The position numbers were made by a program, and so were the translations under genes. This document shows, piece by piece, positions 57,698 through 64,000 of a stretch of DNA of 64,000 nucleotides. Origin of the DNA: an uncultured Chloroflexia bacterium (GTDB lineage Bacteria; Chloroflexota; Limnocylindria; Limnocylindrales; CSP1-4); assembly GCA_963828165.1 (NCBI GenBank), contig CAWHDR010000001.1, positions 352,001 to 416,000 of the forward strand, read 5' to 3'. Numbering within the stretch: position 1 is the stretch's first letter; the number at the start of each line of letters is the position of its first letter. The notes under the pieces are model-generated. The model saw only the letters and a program-made list of their open reading frames with translations, was not told where the DNA came from and did not search any database.

Positions 57698-57908
57698 TCA
57701 ATCCCAGCCGGGCGCGTGCCGGGTGCCCATCCCCTCGCTGATGAACGGGATCCGCCGGCCCAGCAAGGCCACGGCGATGGCCGTGGTGATGGGCACGGCC
57801 GCCACGATCCCGATGCTGCCAACCAGGGCCCGCACCCGCCAGGAGCGCCCGCGCGTGCCGTCGCAGCCCGGTGAACGGTACGTCGGACGTCGGATCGCGA
57901 TCCGTCAC
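57698..57908 (-). pseudogene. Internally deleted YibE/F family remnant
   Basis: Minus-strand frame absent from the ORF track reads VRALVGSIGIVAAVPITTAIAVAL, like the last helix of YibE/F; preceded in another frame by GTG 57908 and about 25 codons. Confidence 0.6.
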
Positions 57909-57918
57909 CTCGAGGCGG

Positions 57919-58446
57919 TCAGGCGGCGGGCGTGGACGGTCGGTCGGCGCGGTCGGCGCGCTCCGCCCGCTCCTTGAGCGCCCGCAGATGCGCCTCGACG
58001 CGCGCCTCGAGGGAGTGCCGGCCCAGTCGGACGAGGATGACGGTCCAGCGATCGACCGGTTCGAACGTGGCGGCATGGACGACCCGGGTCCCGCCGGCGA
58101 CCGGCTCCAGCCGCCAGCCCCACTCGCTCTCGAAGCCGGATCCGGTCACCCGCAGACGGAAGATCGATTCGGGCCGCGCTTCGAGGCTCTCGACGTGGGC
58201 GTGCTCGCGCAGCAGCCCCAGCCGCGCGCGGGCGGTCCTTGTGGTCGCGGCTGCCGGCCACGAAGGCGCCGCGGGCCCGAGCCGCAGCTCCGGGAAGAGG
58301 ACCGCGGACGCTGCCGGATCGTGCAGGGCTGCCCAGACGGCTCGTGGCGACGCCTGGATGAAGACGCGGCGCTCGACCAGGCGATCTGCGCGCAGGTGGT
58401 CGCCCGGACGACGAAAACCGACCTCTGGGTCAGGACGGACGGCCAT
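57919..58446 (-). CDS. SRPBCC family protein
   Basis: VERRVFIQASP.AVWAAL.DP, WRLEPVAGGTRV, C-terminal L.ALKERAE helix. Confidence 0.75.
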   Translation of the reverse strand: MAVRPDPEVGFRRPGDHLRADRLVERRVFIQASPRAVWAALHDPAASAVLFPELRLGPAAPSWPAAATTRTARARLGLLREHAHVESLEARPESIFRLRVTGSGFESEWGWRLEPVAGGTRVVHAATFEPVDRWTVILVRLGRHSLEARVEAHLRALKERAERADRADRPSTPAA

Positions 58447-58449
58447 CGC

Positions 58450-59400
58450 TCAGGTCCCGATCGGGTGCCACACCGTCTTCATCTCGAGGAAGGCGGCGAT
58501 CCATTCCGGGCGCTCCGTGGCTCGGTCGTCGAGCCAGTCGAAACGCGCCTCGTCGACGGTGGTGGCGCGGCGCGACAGGCGCTTGACGTCGTCGGCAGCC
58601 AGCTGTTCGGTCTCGACGCGCAGGGCGTCCGGGACTCCCCACGTGTCGAGGGCGTCCACGTCGACGTGCCCGGCGAGGACCGGGATCAGCTCCTTTCGGA
58701 GGCCGGTCAGGACGTTGACGACACCACCCGGCACATCCGAGGTGGCGAGAACCTCGGTCAGCGTGACGGCGGGCAACGGGCGCGCCTCCGACGTGAGGAG
58801 CACGACCGTGTTACCGCTGACGAGCGGCGGGGCGAGCCGCGACACGAGCCCGAGCAGGGACGACGTCTCGGGCGCGACGACGCCGACGACGCCGGTCGGC
58901 TCCGGGATCGTGAAGTTGAAATAGGGCGCTGCGACCGGATTCGACGAACCCAGGATCTGGGTGATCTTGTCGGCCCAGCCGGCGTACCAGACCCAGCGGT
59001 CGATGGCCCGGTCGACGACATCGCGGGCGCGCGGCTCGCGCAGCCCCTCGGCCGCGGCCACCTCCGCGACGAACTGGTCGCGCCGGCCCTCCATCAGCTC
59101 CGCGACCCGGTACAGGACCTGCCCGCGGTTCATCGCGGTCTTGGCCGCCCAGCCCGGGACCGCCTTGCGTGCCGCCCGGACGGCATCCCGCACGTCTTTG
59201 CGCGATGCGCGGCAGGCATGGGCGAGCGGGGTCCCGTCGGCGCCCTTGACCAGGTACGAGCGTCCGCTCTCCGAACGCGGGAACGCCCCGCCGATGTACA
59301 GCTTGTAGGTCTTGCGGACCTCGATCCGGCTCGCGGGTGTCGTCGCGGTCCCGTTCGTCGTGCCGCGACGGGCGACCGCCCGGCGGCCGTTGGTGGCCAT
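58450..59400 (-). CDS. Truncated aldehyde dehydrogenase family subunit (NAD-binding domain only)
   Basis: V.KTYKLYIGGAFPRSESGR, YAGWADK, LEMKTVWHPIG; no catalytic Cys domain. Confidence 0.9.
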   Translation of the reverse strand: MATNGRRAVARRGTTNGTATTPASRIEVRKTYKLYIGGAFPRSESGRSYLVKGADGTPLAHACRASRKDVRDAVRAARKAVPGWAAKTAMNRGQVLYRVAELMEGRRDQFVAEVAAAEGLREPRARDVVDRAIDRWVWYAGWADKITQILGSSNPVAAPYFNFTIPEPTGVVGVVAPETSSLLGLVSRLAPPLVSGNTVVLLTSEARPLPAVTLTEVLATSDVPGGVVNVLTGLRKELIPVLAGHVDVDALDTWGVPDALRVETEQLAADDVKRLSRRATTVDEARFDWLDDRATERPEWIAAFLEMKTVWHPIGT

Positions 59401-60923
59401 CAACGGTCCTCCAGGCGCACGTACGCATGCAGCCCGTGCATGCCGCCCTCGCGCCCGAACCCGGATTCCTTGTACCCGCCGAACGGCGATGTCGGATCGA
59501 AGCGGTTGAACGTGTTGGCCCACACGACACCGGCCTTCAGGCGAGACGCCATCGCGAGGATCCGCGAGCCCTTGTCGGTCCATACCCCGGCCGACAGGCC
59601 GTAGGCGGTGTTGTTGGCCTTCTCGACGGCTTCGTCAGGCGTTCGGAACGTCAAAACGGACAACACCGGCCCGAAGATCTCCTCGCGCGCGATCCGGTGG
59701 CTCTGGGCCACGTTCGTGAACAGCGTCGGCCGGAAGAAGTAGCCCCGGTCGGGCAGGTCGCACGCCGGCTGGTAGAGGTCGGCGCCTTCCGCGACGCCCG
59801 ACGCCACGAGCTCGGTGATCTTCTCGAGCTGGGCTTTCGAGTTGATCGCCCCGACGTCGGTGTTCTTGTCGAGCGGGTCACCAACCCGGATCGTCGAGAG
59901 GCGGTCCTTGAGCTTGTCGATGACCGTCTCGGCGATCGATTCCTGGACGAGCAGCCGCGATCCGGCGCAGCACACCTCGCCCTGGTTGAAATAGATGCCG
60001 TTGACGATGCCCTCGATGGCCTGGTCGATCGGCGCGTCGTCGAAGACGATGTTCGCCGCCTTGCCGCCGAGCTCCAGCGTGAGTGCCTTGTCCGTACCGG
60101 CCACCCCGCGGCCGATCTTCTTGCCGATCTCGGTCGAGCCCGTGAACGCGACCTTGTCCACCTTGTCGTGCGTCGCGAGCGCCATCCCGATCTCGCCGGG
60201 CCCCGTGATGATGTTCACCGTGCCGGGCGGCAGGTCAGCCTGGACGCAGACCTCGGCGAAGAGCATCGCCGACAGCGGCGTCGTGGACGCGGGCTTGAGC
60301 ACGACCGTGTTGCCGGCGGCAAGCGCCGGAGCGATCTTCCACGCCAGCATCAGCAGCGGGAAGTTCCACGGGATGATCTGGGCGGCGACGCCCAGGGGCC
60401 GGGCGATCCGCCCGGGAAACGCGTAATCGAGCTTGTCCGCCCAGCCCGCGTAGTACCAGAAGTGGCTCGCGGCGAGCGGCACGTCCACGTCGCGCGATTC
60501 CTTGATCGGCTTGCCCGAGTCCATCGATTCGAGGACGGCGAACTCGCGCGAGCGTTCCTGGAGGATCCGCGAGATGCGGAACAGGTACTTGGCCCGCTCG
60601 CGACCGGACAGCTGACCCCACGACCGGCGCTGAGAACGCCGCGCGGCATCGACCGCCTTGTCGACATCGGCCGCGGTCGCGCGCGCGACCTGTGCGAGGG
60701 GCTGTTCCGTGGCCGGATCGATCGACACGAACGTGTCGCCTCCGGTGGCCGGCACGAACCGGCCGTTGATGAACAGGCCGTAGCGCTCCTTGAGCGTGAC
60801 GATGTCGCGCGCCTCGGGCGCCGGGGCGTACTCCCACGGGATCGCCTGGCCATCGCCCAGGCCCCAGCTGTTCGGGGCGCCCTCGGGCGCCGGGATCACG
60901 CTCGTGCTGCTCCGACCGGCCAT
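59400..60923 (-). CDS. Aldehyde dehydrogenase
   Basis: IIPWNFP, FTGST, LELGGK, FNQGEVCCAGSR, EEIFGPV, FGGYKESGFGRE. Confidence 0.96.
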   Translation of the reverse strand: MAGRSSTSVIPAPEGAPNSWGLGDGQAIPWEYAPAPEARDIVTLKERYGLFINGRFVPATGGDTFVSIDPATEQPLAQVARATAADVDKAVDAARRSQRRSWGQLSGRERAKYLFRISRILQERSREFAVLESMDSGKPIKESRDVDVPLAASHFWYYAGWADKLDYAFPGRIARPLGVAAQIIPWNFPLLMLAWKIAPALAAGNTVVLKPASTTPLSAMLFAEVCVQADLPPGTVNIITGPGEIGMALATHDKVDKVAFTGSTEIGKKIGRGVAGTDKALTLELGGKAANIVFDDAPIDQAIEGIVNGIYFNQGEVCCAGSRLLVQESIAETVIDKLKDRLSTIRVGDPLDKNTDVGAINSKAQLEKITELVASGVAEGADLYQPACDLPDRGYFFRPTLFTNVAQSHRIAREEIFGPVLSVLTFRTPDEAVEKANNTAYGLSAGVWTDKGSRILAMASRLKAGVVWANTFNRFDPTSPFGGYKESGFGREGGMHGLHAYVRLEDR

Positions 60924-60978
60924 GCTCGCCATTATGGCACCGGCCGAGTGCATGCCCCTCAGAACTCGGCGTACCTCG

Positions 60979-61914
60979 TCACGGGTCGGGTGAGGATGCG
61001 AATGCCCGGACCTCGGCCAGCGTCGGCGGGTCTGCGCCGGGCCGCGTGCAGCTCAGGGCCGCCACGCGCACCGCGACCCTCACGGAATCGCAGACCAGCT
61101 CCATGTTCACGAGTTCCTCACGGCCACGACCCGCGCCGACCCACGACGCCAGGAAACCGCCGCCGAACACGTCGCCTGCGCCCACGGTGTCGACGACATC
61201 AACGGGTGGGACGACCACCGACGCCCGTGCGGACCGGGTCCGGATCTCGACGTCGTCAGCGCCGTTGGTGCGCAGGACGACCGCCACGCCGTTCTCGAGC
61301 AGGCGCACGATCATCGACTCGGGGGTGTCATCGGGCGCCAGGTAGCGCAGGTCGTCGTCGCTGACCTTGATGACGTCTGCGCGGCGCGCGATGCGTTCGA
61401 TCCGGTCGCGGAACGCGAACGGATCCAGGGTCGCGGAGGGCCGGCAATTGGGATCGAGCATCACGAGCCGCCCGGTGTCGGAAGCAAGGACCAGTTGCTC
61501 GATGGTCGTGCCGACCGGCTCCAGGACCAACCCCAGCGTCCCGACGTGAAGCGCGTGGGCGTGCGAGACCGCGATGACGGCATCCGCCTCGTCGTGGGTC
61601 AAGCCAGCGGCGGACGTCCCATCGACGTCGAAGTGGTATGACGCGATGCCGCGCTCGTCGAGCTCGACCACGGCCATGGTCGTCGGATCGTCCGTCTCGA
61701 TGACGCCGTCGATGGACACGCCATCGCCGGCCAGGTTCGCCCGCAGGTCCCGCCCGTAGCGGTCGTTGGAGATCCGGCCGAGGAAGGTGACGGGCTGACC
61801 GAGGCGGGCGATCGTCCGGGCGGTGTTGTAGGGGCCGCCGCCTGCGTTCGCGGCCACGCTTCCGTCCGGCGCGACGATCAGGTCCATGAGGGCCTCGCCG
61901 ACGACGACGATCAT
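60979..61914 (-). CDS. PfkB family carbohydrate kinase (fructokinase-like)
   Basis: VVGEALMD, GGGPYN, DPNCRP, IKVSDDD, DTVGAGD. Confidence 0.93.
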   Translation of the reverse strand: MIVVVGEALMDLIVAPDGSVAANAGGGPYNTARTIARLGQPVTFLGRISNDRYGRDLRANLAGDGVSIDGVIETDDPTTMAVVELDERGIASYHFDVDGTSAAGLTHDEADAVIAVSHAHALHVGTLGLVLEPVGTTIEQLVLASDTGRLVMLDPNCRPSATLDPFAFRDRIERIARRADVIKVSDDDLRYLAPDDTPESMIVRLLENGVAVVLRTNGADDVEIRTRSARASVVVPPVDVVDTVGAGDVFGGGFLASWVGAGRGREELVNMELVCDSVRVAVRVAALSCTRPGADPPTLAEVRAFASSPDP

Positions 61915-61947
61915 GGCTCGATGGTAGTCGGCGTGTAGCCTGCTGGA

Positions 61948-62688
61948 ATGAAGCGCGTGTCCGATGTCGAGGAACTGCTGGACGGGCCGCTCGACGATCC
62001 GGCCACCCTGCGTGGCAACCTGCGCGACCTCGAGCGGACGAATCGATGGCTCGGTGGGGCCAGGCTGTCGGCACGGGCGATCGATGTTCTGGCCGGAGAC
62101 CGCGCCACCCTGACCATCCTCGACGTCGGCACGGGTGCCGCCGATATCCCCGCCGCCCTGCTGGCCCGCGCAGCCCGGGACGGCCGTCACCTTCGGGTGA
62201 CCGGCATCGACAGCCGTCCCGAGGTCTTGTCCGCCGCGGTCGTGCGACAGCCGCGCCTGCGCATGACGCCGGGGCTCGAGCTGCACGTCGGCGACGGTCG
62301 CTCCCTCCCGTTTCCCGACAGCTCCTTCGACATCGCGCACGCTTCCCTGCTCCTCCACCATCTCGACCCGACGGCGGCGGTCGCGCTCCTGCGGGAGATG
62401 AGCCGCGTCGCGCGGCGCGGGATCGTCGTGAACGACCTCATCCGTGGCCGGTTGGCCTGGATCGGCGCCTGGCTGTTGAGCCACCTCGCGACGGGAAACC
62501 GCTATACGCGCCGCGACGCGCCGCTGTCGGTCCGTCGCGCGTACACGGTGACGGAGCTCACGTCCTTGATCGCGGCCGCGGGTCTCCGGGTGGAGTCGTC
62601 CATGGTCGGCGGACCGATCGGGCACCGAGTGGCCCTGGCCGCGACGGCGGCGCCCGTGGGTGCGCCTCCAGCGGGTACGTCCGCATGA
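61948..62688 (+). CDS. SAM-dependent methyltransferase
   Basis: EELLD, NRWLGG, ILDVGTGAADI, SLLLHHL, VNDL.R, DAPLSVRRAYT. Confidence 0.9.
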   Translation: MKRVSDVEELLDGPLDDPATLRGNLRDLERTNRWLGGARLSARAIDVLAGDRATLTILDVGTGAADIPAALLARAARDGRHLRVTGIDSRPEVLSAAVVRQPRLRMTPGLELHVGDGRSLPFPDSSFDIAHASLLLHHLDPTAAVALLREMSRVARRGIVVNDLIRGRLAWIGAWLLSHLATGNRYTRRDAPLSVRRAYTVTELTSLIAAAGLRVESSMVGGPIGHRVALAATAAPVGAPPAGTSA

Positions 62689-63923
62689 CTGCGACGCCAG
62701 ATCCGGAGCCCGAGCTGGTCGACGTCGCGATCGTCGGGGGCGGGCTGGCGGGCTGCGCGCTTGCCACCGCGCTCGCGCAAGCCGGCATCGACGTCACCGT
62801 CTTCGAGCGACAGCCATCGTGGCGGTGGCGTGCCGGCGGCGTGTTCAGTTCGCCGGTCACCGTCCAGGCACTGCGGCGGCTCGGCGTCACCGAGCCCGTG
62901 ATCGCCCGGGTGGCACGCCCGATCCCCGCGATGCGCCTGGAGACGCCCGGCGGAGCGGTCGTCCGCCTGACGTACGGGACGGAACGCGGCGGGTCGCCGG
63001 CCGTGGGTTTCGATCGCTCCTCGCTCGATCCGACGCTCGAGGCGCTCGCGGCCACGGCCGGAGCCACCGTGCGGCGTGGCGTGTCTGTCGAGTCGGTCGA
63101 CCTGACGGGCGACCGGCCGGTCCTGACCATGCGGGACGCCCTCGGCACCAGCGCCCTTCGTTGCCGCATCGTGGTCGGTGCGGACGGCCCCCACTCGATC
63201 GTCGCCCGGGCGGCGGGCGTCGCCCGACCGAGCCGGCTCCCGGAGCGAGTCGGCCTGAGCTTTCACCTGGCCGACCCCCGCCGGGAGGCTTCGCTCGACG
63301 CACGCCTGCGGGTCTTCGACGGCGGGTACGTCGGGATCGCCCCGGTTCCCGGTGGGCGGGTCAACGTCGGGATCGTCCTGGGCCGGGCGTGGCGGGAGCC
63401 CCTCGCCCGCGACGGCGCCGCCACCGTGGCAGATGCGGTCGTCGCGGCCATCCCACCGGCGGACGACGATCCGGGCACCTGGCGCGACGCGGCGCGCTGC
63501 GACCAGCTCGCAGGAGCCGCCCCACTCGGCGGTCGCGTGACGCGTCGGGCCGGGCGGGGCTGGTTCCTGGTCGGGGACGCCGTCGGGTTCCTCGATCCGT
63601 TCACCGGTGAGGGCCTCCATCGCGCTCTCGTGTCCACGGAGCTCGCTGCGGCCGCGATCCGCGTTGCCCTGGACCGCCGGGAGCGTGCGGACCGGGCCGC
63701 CGCCGCCTACGACCGGGCGATGCGCCGTCGCTTCGCGGCCAAGGACGCGGTCTCCTGGCTGGTCCAGGCCTTCCTCGCCCGGCCCGCGGCCTTCGAGTAC
63801 GCGGCCCGCCGACTGGCCGTCCGGCCGGACGTTCGTGCGACGATGGGTCTCGTGATGGGTGATCTCGTGCCCGCATCCCGCGGCTTGGACCCCCGGTTCC
63901 TCGCCTCGTTGCTCGCCCCATGA
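62685..63923 (+). CDS. FAD-dependent oxidoreductase (geranylgeranyl reductase/monooxygenase family)
   Basis: IVGGGLAG, VGADG, LVGDAVGFLDPFTGEG; ATGA overlap with the methyltransferase. Confidence 0.9.
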   Translation: MTATPDPEPELVDVAIVGGGLAGCALATALAQAGIDVTVFERQPSWRWRAGGVFSSPVTVQALRRLGVTEPVIARVARPIPAMRLETPGGAVVRLTYGTERGGSPAVGFDRSSLDPTLEALAATAGATVRRGVSVESVDLTGDRPVLTMRDALGTSALRCRIVVGADGPHSIVARAAGVARPSRLPERVGLSFHLADPRREASLDARLRVFDGGYVGIAPVPGGRVNVGIVLGRAWREPLARDGAATVADAVVAAIPPADDDPGTWRDAARCDQLAGAAPLGGRVTRRAGRGWFLVGDAVGFLDPFTGEGLHRALVSTELAAAAIRVALDRRERADRAAAAYDRAMRRRFAAKDAVSWLVQAFLARPAAFEYAARRLAVRPDVRATMGLVMGDLVPASRGLDPRFLASLLAP

Positions 63924-64000
63924 GCGGGGACGATCGCGCGGACCCGCGAGAAGGATCAGCCGCGGGCGGCGGCGCGGACCGCACGCGGGTGGCCGCGTAC

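Noticed and set aside
1-64000. tRNA, rRNA, integrase, transposase, prophage or defence genes
   Set aside because: None recognised; TopIB is related to tyrosine recombinases but has topoisomerase-specific motifs and no flanking att-like repeats were seen

Overview
High-GC (roughly 70% by eye), gene-dense bacterial chromosomal window. I saw no rRNA, tRNA, CRISPR array, prophage or intact IS. Gene content (F420 biosynthesis, many F420/LLM enzymes, homodimeric AceE, actinobacterial-type ARG boxes) suggests a monoderm soil or sediment organism. My best guess is Chloroflexota of the Ca. Limnocylindria type, which is inference only. The first ~14 kb is a general-stress/desiccation-like island: small hydrophilic and membrane proteins, three orphan histidine kinases (one with a degenerate ATPase domain), and a bacterial type IB topoisomerase with a lysine-rich repeat tail. 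Next come chrA, aceE, an orphan OmpR/KdpE-family regulator, pncA read in frame into a 5'-3' flap exonuclease, an mtnP operon, an EAL protein, a cofD-cofC-cofE F420 operon and trxB-ABC-osmC. The rest holds argCJBRG with tandem ARG boxes, lhgO, add, argH, a sugar MFS plus GH13, ABC/DMT transporters, an ALDH pair, pfkB and a methyltransferase/FAD-oxidoreductase pair. The most interesting signal is a YGCAA-N6-YGCAA direct repeat (11-bp period) upstream of several stress genes, the degenerate kinase and the orphan regulator. It suggests an undescribed two-component general-stress regulon, possibly with a ChpT-like phosphotransferase. Also notable are widespread leaderless-type promoters, two internally deleted gene remnants, and several +1 frameshifts plus a catalytic substitution that may be sequencing errors. 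Start codons were refined by eye from the ORF track, and all family calls come from motif recognition, not database searches.
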